Below are positions 35,284 through 43,420 of a stretch of 64,000 bases of DNA, piece after piece (within the stretch, counting starts at the first letter, position 1; each line of letters begins with the position of its first letter). The stretch is from Candidatus Woesearchaeota archaeon (GTDB lineage: Archaea; Nanobdellota; Nanobdellia; Woesearchaeales; GW2011-AR9): assembly GCA_018657845.1 (NCBI GenBank), contig JABHWJ010000020.1, positions 190 to 64,189 of the forward strand, in the 5' to 3' direction. The notes under the pieces are model-generated. The model was given only the letters and a program-made list of their open reading frames with translations, was not told the origin of the DNA and made no database searches. The position numbers and the translations under genes are program-made.

Positions 35284-36120
35284 ATGGCTAAAACTAATCC
35301 TCAAAATAAAAAAGGAAGATTCAATCGTCGAGACTCAAATAGATCTAGAGCTCCTGAAGAAAGAGTTGACCCTAGAGAAAATTGGAAACCAAAAACACAA
35401 CTGGGCCACCAAGTTAAAGATGGAACTGTTGTTGATATAAATGAAATTTTTGATAGTGGTGAAAGAATCCTAGAAGCAGAAATTGTAGAGGTCATTTTAC
35501 CAGACCTTAAATCTGACTTACTCTTAATTGGACAAGCTAAAGGTAAATTTGGTGGCGGGCAAAGAAGAATATTTAGACAAACTCAAAAGAAAACTAGAGA
35601 AGGAAATAAAATTAAATTTACTACTTGTGCTTTAGTTGGAAATGAAAATGGTTATTTTGGAGTATCTTTTGGAAAAAGCAAAGAAACTGTTCCTGCCCGA
35701 GACAAATCTATTAGAAAAGCCAAACTAGGCCTTACTAAGATTAGAAGGGGATGCGGATCTTGGGCCTGTAATTGTGGAACTCCTCATTCAATACCATTCA
35801 CAATCGAAGGAAAATGTGGATCTACCATCGTTAAACTTATGCCTGCTCCAAAAGGTAATGGTCTTTGTGTAGAAAAAGAATGTGCAAAAATTCTTAAGCT
35901 AGCTGGTATTAAAGATGTATTAAGTAAAACCAAAGGTCAAACCAAAACTAAAGTTAATCTCATCAAAGCCTTACTTCAAGCCCTTTCTAAATTAGGAGAA
36001 ACCAAAATTAAACCAGACCATATTGCTAAGTTAGGTTTAGTTGAAGGTCACCTTAAGGAAGTTGAAAGAGAAGAAGTAGAAGAAATCAAGGAAGATAAAA
36101 AAGATAAAAAAGAAAAATAA
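35284..36120 (+). CDS. rps5: Ribosomal protein S5 (with N- and C-terminal charged extensions)
   Basis: RRIFRQTQKKTREGNKIKFTTCALVGNENGYFGVSFGKSKETVPARDKSIRKAKL matches S5. Confidence 0.92.
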   Translation: MAKTNPQNKKGRFNRRDSNRSRAPEERVDPRENWKPKTQLGHQVKDGTVVDINEIFDSGERILEAEIVEVILPDLKSDLLLIGQAKGKFGGGQRRIFRQTQKKTREGNKIKFTTCALVGNENGYFGVSFGKSKETVPARDKSIRKAKLGLTKIRRGCGSWACNCGTPHSIPFTIEGKCGSTIVKLMPAPKGNGLCVEKECAKILKLAGIKDVLSKTKGQTKTKVNLIKALLQALSKLGETKIKPDHIAKLGLVEGHLKEVEREEVEEIKEDKKDKKEK

Positions 36121-36138
36121 ACTGATTATCAAACCAAA

Positions 36139-36642
36139 ATGACAGAAGAAAAAACCTCAGAACCAAAAACAGAAACTAAAGAACCTGCGACAACTAGCGA
36201 CAATAGTAAAAATAAGTTTGCGGCAGTTTTGGTTAGGGGACGTATTAACATACCTCAACCACTTAAAGATACTTTAGATATGCTTAAACTTCGGCGTAAA
36301 AACCACTGTGCAATAGTAGAAAATAATCCAGTTAATTTAGGAATGCTCAAAAAAGTTAAAGATTATATTACTTGGGGCGAAGTTTCTGAAGAAACAACCA
36401 AAGAACTCTTTGAAAAAAGAGGAGAAGAATACGCTGGACCTGAACAAGATCCTAAAGGGAAGATTGATTACTCCCGTAAATTTACTAAATATAATAACAA
36501 AAAATACAAAAAAAGATTTTGTCTTAGTCCTCCTAGAAAAGGATTTGGTAGAAAAGGAATTAAATTTCCTTTTACATTAGGAGGGGCTCTTGGTTACAGG
36601 GGAGATAAAATCAATGACTTGATTAAAAGAATGATCGAGTAA
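36139..36642 (+). CDS. rpl30: Ribosomal protein L30
   Basis: AAVLVRGRINIPQPLKDTLDMLKLRRKNHCAIVENNPVNLGMLKKVKDYITWGE matches L30. Confidence 0.9.
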   Translation: MTEEKTSEPKTETKEPATTSDNSKNKFAAVLVRGRINIPQPLKDTLDMLKLRRKNHCAIVENNPVNLGMLKKVKDYITWGEVSEETTKELFEKRGEEYAGPEQDPKGKIDYSRKFTKYNNKKYKKRFCLSPPRKGFGRKGIKFPFTLGGALGYRGDKINDLIKRMIE

Positions 36643-36688
36643 TTAAAAACATAAGATAATAAAAATAATAATAAAATCCTAAAAAAAA

Positions 36689-37180
36689 ATGGTTACTACT
36701 AAAAACAAAAAAGTTACTAAGTACCGAGCCCACACCACTCACGGCGGAGGTCATCGAAAAAAACGTCGTGGCGCAGGTAACCGTGGAGGTCGAGGTATGG
36801 CCGGTAGTGGAAAAAGAGCTTGTCAAAAGAAACAAAAGCATAGAAAATCATTTGGTGGCAAAGGATTCCATTCACATTGCCCAAGAACCATTAAATCCAT
36901 TCACCTTGGTGACCTAACAAAATTAATTATTAAAACTTCAGATTCTGAAGCTATTCAGAAAAAAGGTGATATCTATCAAGTAGATTTACTTAAATTAGGT
37001 TACCAAAAATTAATTGGTACTGGCAGTACTTCATTAAAGTTAGAAGTAAATGTTTCTGCTTTCACTAAAAAAGCAGAAGAAAAGATTGCTGCCGCTGGAG
37101 GAAAGATTGTTTATTCTAAGAATGAAGCTGTCAAAGTTAAGACCGAATCTTCCCCAGACCAAGAAAAATCAGAGGAATAA
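36689..37180 (+). CDS. rpl15: Ribosomal protein L15
   Basis: KYRAHTTHGGGHRKKRRGAGNRGGRGMAGSGKR matches L15. Confidence 0.9.
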   Translation: MVTTKNKKVTKYRAHTTHGGGHRKKRRGAGNRGGRGMAGSGKRACQKKQKHRKSFGGKGFHSHCPRTIKSIHLGDLTKLIIKTSDSEAIQKKGDIYQVDLLKLGYQKLIGTGSTSLKLEVNVSAFTKKAEEKIAAAGGKIVYSKNEAVKVKTESSPDQEKSEE

Positions 37181-37188
37181 GCAATAAA

Positions 37189-38577
37189 ATGTCTCTTTTG
37201 GACACTATTATCAATAATCTACCTGAAGTACGTGGCCCTAAGCAGAAACGTCTTTCTTTTAAAGAAAAATTAAAGTGGACCTTAATTATTTTGGTTCTTT
37301 TCTTTGTAATGGGTTTGGTTCCCCTATTTGGTTTAGGAGAAAACGCCCTTCAACAATTCGAATTTTTATCTATTATCTTAGGAGCAAGTTTTGGAAGTAT
37401 TCTTTCATTAGGAATTGGTCCTATCGTTACCTCATCTATTGTACTCCAACTCTTAGTTGGTACTGGTATTCTTAATTTAGATATGACTTCCACTCCCGGT
37501 CGTCAACGTTTTCAAGGAATGCAAAAAATTTTAGCAGTGTTCTTTATTATCTTTGAGGCAGCAATCTATATTTTAATGGGTGGACTCGCTCCATCTCCAG
37601 CATTAGCAGGAACACCACTTTTTGCCCAAATGCAAATGATTTTAATCTTCCAATTATTCTTGGGAGGAATACTCATTTTATTCATGGACGAAGTTATCAG
37701 TAAATGGGGCTTTGGTTCTGGAGTAAGTTTATTTATTGCCGCAGGAGTAGCCCAACAGATATTTATCCGTGCTTTTAATTTTCTTCCTGCGCCAAACCAA
37801 CCAGAACTTGCTGCTGGTGCAATCCCTGCCTTGTTCCAATCACTTTCGACGGGAAACCTCACTAATGCAGGGTTACAATTAGCCGCCTTAATTTCCACCA
37901 TACTGGTATTTATGATCTGTGTATATGGTCAGTCTATTAAAGCAGAGATTCCATTAAGCTTTGGTAAAGTCCGAGGTTATGGAATGAGATGGCCATTAAA
38001 CTTTTTTTATACCTCTAATATCCCAGTTATCCTAGTTGCCGCCCTTATGGCTAACATTCAGCTATTCGCTCGTCTTCTTGAACGTTGGGGTCATCCTATT
38101 TTCGGAACCTTTTCAGGAAACTCTCCAATTTCTGGATTAGTCTATTGGATTAATTCTCCTGATGTAGTTCAAAACATCATCAAAGGTAGTTTTAGTTTAA
38201 CTCAATTAGGTCAAGCTGCGATCTATGTCTCCCTTATGGTTGGTGGAGCAATAATCTTTAGTATCTTCTGGATGCAGACTGCTAATATGGATGCTAGAAG
38301 TCAAGCCAAACAAATCCTTTCTTCAGGATTACAAATTCCCGGATTTAGAAGAGATGAACGAGTTTTAGAAAAAATCTTAAGTAGATATATTTGGCCATTA
38401 ACCATTGTTGGTGGGGCATCTGTAGGTTTATTAGCTGCTTTGGCAGATTTGACCGGAGCCTTATCTAGAGGAACTGGTATCTTACTTGCAGTTATGATCA
38501 TCTATAAACTTTACGAAGAAATTGCCAAACAACACATGATGGATATGCATCCATCTATGCGTAAGTTCATGGAATAA
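37189..38577 (+). CDS. secY: Preprotein translocase subunit SecY
   Basis: A 10-TM protein at the conserved end of the spc-like operon. LKWTLIILVLFFVMGLVPLFG, GIGPIVTSSIVLQLL and GTGILLAVMIIYKLYEEI are typical SecY blocks. Confidence 0.93.
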   Translation: MSLLDTIINNLPEVRGPKQKRLSFKEKLKWTLIILVLFFVMGLVPLFGLGENALQQFEFLSIILGASFGSILSLGIGPIVTSSIVLQLLVGTGILNLDMTSTPGRQRFQGMQKILAVFFIIFEAAIYILMGGLAPSPALAGTPLFAQMQMILIFQLFLGGILILFMDEVISKWGFGSGVSLFIAAGVAQQIFIRAFNFLPAPNQPELAAGAIPALFQSLSTGNLTNAGLQLAALISTILVFMICVYGQSIKAEIPLSFGKVRGYGMRWPLNFFYTSNIPVILVAALMANIQLFARLLERWGHPIFGTFSGNSPISGLVYWINSPDVVQNIIKGSFSLTQLGQAAIYVSLMVGGAIIFSIFWMQTANMDARSQAKQILSSGLQIPGFRRDERVLEKILSRYIWPLTIVGGASVGLLAALADLTGALSRGTGILLAVMIIYKLYEEIAKQHMMDMHPSMRKFME

Positions 38578-38641
38578 TTATTTAATATTCCCTAAACCAT
38601 AACAATTATAAATAAACACAAACAAAGCATAACCAAACAAA

Positions 38642-39412
38642 ATGTCATTTTTAGATACCTTATTAAATCCAGTATTTGATCCTTTACTAAAGGCCACTGG
38701 ACCTTTTTTATCAATTCTAATTATTTCTTTACTTATCTCTGTAGTCATCACTTTTGTATACAAATGGGTGACTAATCAGACCCTTATGAAATCTCTTAAA
38801 GAAAAACAAAAAGAATTTCAACAAAAAATCAAAGGTCTTAGGGATAATCCTGGCGAGATGATGAAAGTACAAAAAGAAGCCATGAAAGTAAACATGGACT
38901 ATATGAAACAATCCTTTAAACCCACTTTAATCACTATGATTCCAGTCTTAATAATTTTTGGTTGGATGGCTGCTCATTTAGCTTTTGAACCAATCTTTCC
39001 CGGAGAACAATTTAGTGTTACTGCTGAATTTGAACCGGGCACTACAGATTACGCAGAATTAATTGTGGGAGAAGAACTTCAACTCCTCTCAGATAGTCAA
39101 CAAAAAATTGAAGAAAGCGTCACTTGGAAACTTACAGGTTCTCCAGGAGATCATATTTTGGAATTAAAACATGCTGACCAAGCTTATACTAAAAAAGTAC
39201 ATGTAGGTACAGATTTTAATTTGGCTGAGCAGATAACTCCATTTGAAGACTCCTCAATAAAATTGATTAAAATTGATTACAAAAAGTTAAAACCTCTTGG
39301 TCCAACATTTACCATTCCTGTAATTAAATGGCAACCTGGATGGCTTGGAATTTACATTATATTTTCTATTGTATTTAGTATGGGTTTAAGAAAAATTTTA
39401 AAAATTTATTAA
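38642..39412 (+). CDS. DUF106 / archaeal YidC-Oxa1-EMC3-like membrane insertase homolog with ~115-aa insertion before the last TM
   Basis: TM1 is followed by a charged coiled-coil hairpin (KSLKEKQKEFQQKIKGLRDNPGEMMKVQKEAMKVNMDYMKQSFKP), TM2 and a final TM. Its position after secY is conserved in archaea. Confidence 0.7.
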   Translation: MSFLDTLLNPVFDPLLKATGPFLSILIISLLISVVITFVYKWVTNQTLMKSLKEKQKEFQQKIKGLRDNPGEMMKVQKEAMKVNMDYMKQSFKPTLITMIPVLIIFGWMAAHLAFEPIFPGEQFSVTAEFEPGTTDYAELIVGEELQLLSDSQQKIEESVTWKLTGSPGDHILELKHADQAYTKKVHVGTDFNLAEQITPFEDSSIKLIKIDYKKLKPLGPTFTIPVIKWQPGWLGIYIIFSIVFSMGLRKILKIY

Positions 39413-39435
39413 TTCTAAACTCATCAAAATTACCC

Positions 39436-39448
39436 AAACCTTTATAAA
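39436..39448 (+). promoter_or_regulatory. Putative BRE/TATA promoter for L34e-L14e
   Basis: aaacctttataaa is identical to the 13-mer at 24111-24123. It lies about 125 nt upstream of the L34e ATG, implying a ~95-nt leader. Confidence 0.45.
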
Positions 39449-39493
39449 TAATCTTCTTAACAAGATCTTAAATCCCTTGAGGATTGATCTGAA

Positions 39494-39529
39494 GGCAACT
39501 TAGATCAGAAATGATATTTCTGAGTTGCT
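39494..39529 (+). promoter_or_regulatory. Two-tier hairpin in the L34e leader, with a competing alternative stem (39485-39490 / 39502-39507)
   Basis: Outer stem is ggcaact / agttgct, 7 bp including one G-U. Inner stem is cagaaat / atttctg, 7 bp with loop gat. The alternative pairing tgatct / agatca overlaps the bulge and inner stem. An SD-like gaggt lies at 39561-39565. Confidence 0.35.
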
Positions 39530-39571
39530 TATAAAATAAATAAAAATAAACAAACTAGACGAGGTTAAAAA

Positions 39572-39844
39572 ATGCCCAGAGGAATGTATAAATCCGGAAG
39601 ATTAAGAAAAATCTTTGTCAAGACACCTGGTGGAGAATCCACCATCCATTATAGACAAAGAAAACCATCCAAAGCAATCTGCGCTGATTGTAAAAAACAA
39701 CTTGCTGGAGTCCCTAGAGAACTCCCAGGAAAGTTAACCAAAATACCTAAAACGGCCAGAAGGCCAGACCGACCATATGGTGGAGTTCTTTGTTCTACCT
39801 GTATGAGAAAAAAACTACTACAACAAGTGAGGGAAGAAAAATGA
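39572..39844 (+). CDS. rpl34e: Ribosomal protein L34e
   Basis: YKSGRLRKIFVKTPGGESTIHYRQRKPSKAICADCKKQLAGVPR matches L34e. Confidence 0.9.
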   Translation: MPRGMYKSGRLRKIFVKTPGGESTIHYRQRKPSKAICADCKKQLAGVPRELPGKLTKIPKTARRPDRPYGGVLCSTCMRKKLLQQVREEK

Positions 39845-40320
39845 GCCTATTCACTATTGGAAGATTATGTGTAAAGTTAGCTGGAAGAGACGCAGGAAAA
39901 AAGTGTGTAGTTGTAGAAGAAATTGACAATACTTTTGTTCTTGTTGATGGAAACGTGCGTAGAAAAAGAGTTAACACTAAACACTTAGAACCATTAAAAG
40001 AAACCTTAGATCTTAAAGCTAAAGCTTCTCATGAACAAGTTAAAGCAGCTTTCGAAACATTAGGCCTATCTGTTTGGGACAAGAAATCAAAACAGTCTAC
40101 TGAAAGACCTAGAAGAATAAGAGCTATTAAAGAAAAAGTTGCCGAAGCAAAAAAAGAAGCAAAAGTTAAGAAAGAGAAAAAAACAGAAGCTACTTCTAAG
40201 GAAACTCCAACTAAAGGAATCGAAGCTACAGTGACTAAAGAAACTGAAACTGAAGAGAAGCCAGAAACTGAAAAACCTGAAGAAACATCTGAGAACCAAG
40301 AAGTTACAGAACAACAATAA
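39841..40320 (+). CDS. rpl14e: Ribosomal protein L14e (KOW) with ~80-aa K/E/T-rich tail
   Basis: MSLFTIGRLCVKLAGRDAGKKCVVVEEIDNTFVLVDGNVRRKRVNTKHLEPL matches L14e. The track start at 39790 lies inside L34e and was trimmed to the ATGA overlap at 39841. Confidence 0.88.
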   Translation: MSLFTIGRLCVKLAGRDAGKKCVVVEEIDNTFVLVDGNVRRKRVNTKHLEPLKETLDLKAKASHEQVKAAFETLGLSVWDKKSKQSTERPRRIRAIKEKVAEAKKEAKVKKEKKTEATSKETPTKGIEATVTKETETEEKPETEKPEETSENQEVTEQQ

Positions 40321-40375
40321 ACTTTTTCTTATTTCTTTTATTTTTATTTAATAAAAAAATAAAATAAAAAATAGA

Positions 40376-40960
40376 TTACATAGGAAAGCTTTTTGAAATC
40401 CATCCAAAAAACAAAATCGCCAACCCTAAAAAGATTGCCCCAAAAAGAACTGTTGGAACTAAAACTGCCGCCACACTTCTTGCCAAACTCAACTTCTGTC
40501 GTTCACTTAATCCAATTACCTGTAAGATTACAGAATAAATTGAAGCCAGCCAACCCAAAAGAGGAATTGAAGATAATACTCCTGGTGCAGAACCATAAGC
40601 CATAGCCTTAAACGTTTCTTTATATTCTTTTATTCCACCAAAAGCCCTAACAAATAAATGTATGACTCCTGCCCCCACAAACATCATTCCCCAAGATAAA
40701 AAAATCATCACAACAACTGTTAATATTCCTAATAATAGTCCAACCAAGATTCCTACGCCGCCAAACAATGAACTCACCAAAGAGAATCCCCCACTTGGAA
40801 TTAACCAAAACCCCATCACTATTGCGACCAGTAACCAAGAAATTGTTTGTAACTTCAAATAAAATATTGAAGGTTCTCTCAACCCCATTTTATTAGGCAG
40901 TTTAGAGAAAAATACTTTTGGGTCTAAGATCACTGTTTTCCATGTTTTAAAAAATCCCAT
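40376..40960 (-). CDS. Yip1-domain-like polytopic membrane protein
   Basis: The N-terminus WKTVILDPKVFFSKLP is followed by five hydrophobic helices, an architecture typical of the Yip1/DUF1282 family. Confidence 0.5.
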   Translation of the reverse strand: MGFFKTWKTVILDPKVFFSKLPNKMGLREPSIFYLKLQTISWLLVAIVMGFWLIPSGGFSLVSSLFGGVGILVGLLLGILTVVVMIFLSWGMMFVGAGVIHLFVRAFGGIKEYKETFKAMAYGSAPGVLSSIPLLGWLASIYSVILQVIGLSERQKLSLARSVAAVLVPTVLFGAIFLGLAILFFGWISKSFPM

Positions 40961-40975
40961 TTTTAATTCACCTCA

Positions 40976-41728
40976 TTATATTGGGGTGTCAACTTTAATA
41001 AATTTTGTCTTCACTCCAAACTTCTCCTTCACTAACTTCTGCAAGATCTTAACTCCCACAGTTTCAGTGGCATAATGTCCACCTACAATTAAACTTAATC
41101 CTAAATCTCTTGCTCGATTGTAATCTCCTAACTTAATTTCACCAACAATAAAACAATCTAGTCCTTCCTTAACAGCTTCACCAATAAACTCTCCGGCCCC
41201 TCCCGAAACAACCCCTATGGTTTTAATTTTCTTTTTCCCAAAATTATAAATTTTACAATCTGCCCCTAATTCTTTATCTAAAACCCTCTTTATCCAACTT
41301 AAACTCTTAACGTTAGCAAACTCTCCCTTATAACCCACCTTACTAGAACCATAACGACCAAATTTTCTTCTCTTCCCTAACCTCAAGAGCTCACATAAAC
41401 CAATATTATTTCCATATTTGTAATGTGCATCTAAAGGCAAATGAACAGCATACAAAGACATTCCTGTTTTCTTCACTGCTTCCGCTCTCAATTTATTTAC
41501 TTTTCTTTCTTTATCAAGTTTCCACTTAATCCCATGATGAACAACTAACAAATCCACCTTCTCTCGACTAGCTTTCTTAAACGTGGGCAAGTTAGCATCC
41601 ACTGCAAAACCTACATTCTTAATCTCTTTTCTCCCTTTAACTTGCAATCCATTTTTAGAATAATCTTTTAATTTACTTGTATCCAATTCGCGATTCAAGA
41701 AACCAACTACTTCTTTTACTTTTACCAT
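40976..41728 (-). CDS. NIF3-family dinuclear metal-centre protein (GTP cyclohydrolase 1 type 2-like)
   Basis: DYSKNGLQVKGRKEIKNVGFAVDA, VDLLVVHHG, AVHLPLDAH and GGHYATE are NIF3 signature blocks. Confidence 0.85.
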   Translation of the reverse strand: MVKVKEVVGFLNRELDTSKLKDYSKNGLQVKGRKEIKNVGFAVDANLPTFKKASREKVDLLVVHHGIKWKLDKERKVNKLRAEAVKKTGMSLYAVHLPLDAHYKYGNNIGLCELLRLGKRRKFGRYGSSKVGYKGEFANVKSLSWIKRVLDKELGADCKIYNFGKKKIKTIGVVSGGAGEFIGEAVKEGLDCFIVGEIKLGDYNRARDLGLSLIVGGHYATETVGVKILQKLVKEKFGVKTKFIKVDTPI

Positions 41729-41748
41729 TGTATTAAAATTTATTCAAA

Positions 41749-43419
41749 TTATTTAACTAATGAAAAAATCTTTCTTAAATCCAACTCTAATGCTGCAAGT
41801 GGCATAGCTAAACCCCAATTATCCAAAACCTGCGGAGAAACCTCTCCAATGATTCCCACTTCTTCCTTGCCAACATAAACATTCCCAGCCCTACCTGAAA
41901 TAAAAGAACCATGCTCTACTTCATTAATACTATATTCCAAACCAATAAAAGAAAACACCCCATCTAACACTTGCTTAATCTGAGTAAAATCTATTTTTTC
42001 TTCACATAACCCACAAACTAGTTTCTCAACATTTCTTGATTTAACATCGGCTTTCTTATCCGGATGAACCACAATCCCCACTTCAAAAACATTATGAGGA
42101 TATTCTTTATTTCTATTAGCAACCAATGATTTTATCACCTCAGGAATCAACCAGGACCTCACCATACTCAACCCCTTATCTTCAGTATTTTTACCTAAGG
42201 CCACATGTTCACTTTCTTTAATATCCATCTTAACATATTGATCTTGGTGATTAGTTAACGCAAAAGTTTTAACTTCCACCAAACCTCTTCCCACCAAAAG
42301 ATTACAAAGATCTTCAACAAAAATATTAAATGGTAACCTTTCTCCGATAGTAGAAACATTTGGCAAAGTTGGTTTTATATTATTGTATCCATAAGCCCTA
42401 GCTACATCATCAGCAATATCAACTTCATGCCAAACATCTGTTCTCACTGAAGGAATCTCTACAGTCACCCCTTCACCCTTAACAGTTGATACATTATATT
42501 GCATCTTTGGAAGAAATTTCACCAAATCTTTTGTTTTAAGATTTAATCCAATTAATTTATTAACAAGATTAGCAGTAATTTTTCTTTTCCCTTTTTTCAG
42601 ATTAGGACAATTTACAGATTTCTTTCCATCCTTAATCTCCACAGAAAAAATCTTTCCTCCCCAATCATTAAACATTGTCGCCAATATGTTCATCACATCA
42701 TCCAATGCTTCTTCACTCGGACCAGTACACTCAACAAAAATATCCTCAGTCTCTGAATCTATTTTCCCCAATCTAGCCGAATTTATTATTGGGGGCATAG
42801 ATAAAACTTCGCTATTATTATCTATTTGCAATGGAAACTTATCACTTCCTTCTAACAAATGTGCATAATCTCTTCCAGTTGGATGTCTCTGAAGAATCTT
42901 CATTCCACTTAACTCTTCTCTCATCCCTAAGGGAACAAAATTGATTAACTCTGGCTTTTTAGCACAATAAGTAACTGGAAAATTAATTTTACTTAAATCA
43001 TAAACTCCAATCGCAACCTTCTTTCTTTTCCTTCCATAAGTATCATGGAGTTTTTCTTGAATCCACATTAAAGATTTTATATTCTCATCATCAAAATCTA
43101 CACCCTTAACTACAAAAGATCGCGTAAACGGACGATACTTCTTCACCGAAGAATCAATCTTATGAACATATTTACTTTTATTAATTTTAATTTCTTCATA
43201 TTTTTTAACAAATCCTTTGTAACTATTAATTGCCCTAGCCAATCCTTCAGGAGTAATCAAATCTACTCTTTCTGCAGTTATCTCTATCTTAATTTCATCA
43301 CCTTCAACTTCATCAAGCTCCATCCCAAGATCTACTAAAGTTTCTTCTAGTTCTTCCAAAGAAATTTTCTTCTTTACTAATCCTTGTAATTTTTTAAAGC
43401 TAGTATCTACAATTACCAT
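41749..43419 (-). CDS. pheT: Phenylalanyl-tRNA synthetase beta subunit (archaeal type)
   Basis: MVIVDTSFKKLQGLVKKKISLEELEETL is the typical archaeal PheT start. B3/4 and B5 domain blocks (e.g. IDIADDVARAYGYNNI) are present. The track start at 43479 lies inside pheS and was trimmed to Met21. Confidence 0.9.
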   Translation of the reverse strand: MVIVDTSFKKLQGLVKKKISLEELEETLVDLGMELDEVEGDEIKIEITAERVDLITPEGLARAINSYKGFVKKYEEIKINKSKYVHKIDSSVKKYRPFTRSFVVKGVDFDDENIKSLMWIQEKLHDTYGRKRKKVAIGVYDLSKINFPVTYCAKKPELINFVPLGMREELSGMKILQRHPTGRDYAHLLEGSDKFPLQIDNNSEVLSMPPIINSARLGKIDSETEDIFVECTGPSEEALDDVMNILATMFNDWGGKIFSVEIKDGKKSVNCPNLKKGKRKITANLVNKLIGLNLKTKDLVKFLPKMQYNVSTVKGEGVTVEIPSVRTDVWHEVDIADDVARAYGYNNIKPTLPNVSTIGERLPFNIFVEDLCNLLVGRGLVEVKTFALTNHQDQYVKMDIKESEHVALGKNTEDKGLSMVRSWLIPEVIKSLVANRNKEYPHNVFEVGIVVHPDKKADVKSRNVEKLVCGLCEEKIDFTQIKQVLDGVFSFIGLEYSINEVEHGSFISGRAGNVYVGKEEVGIIGEVSPQVLDNWGLAMPLAALELDLRKIFSLVK

Positions 43420-43420
43420 T

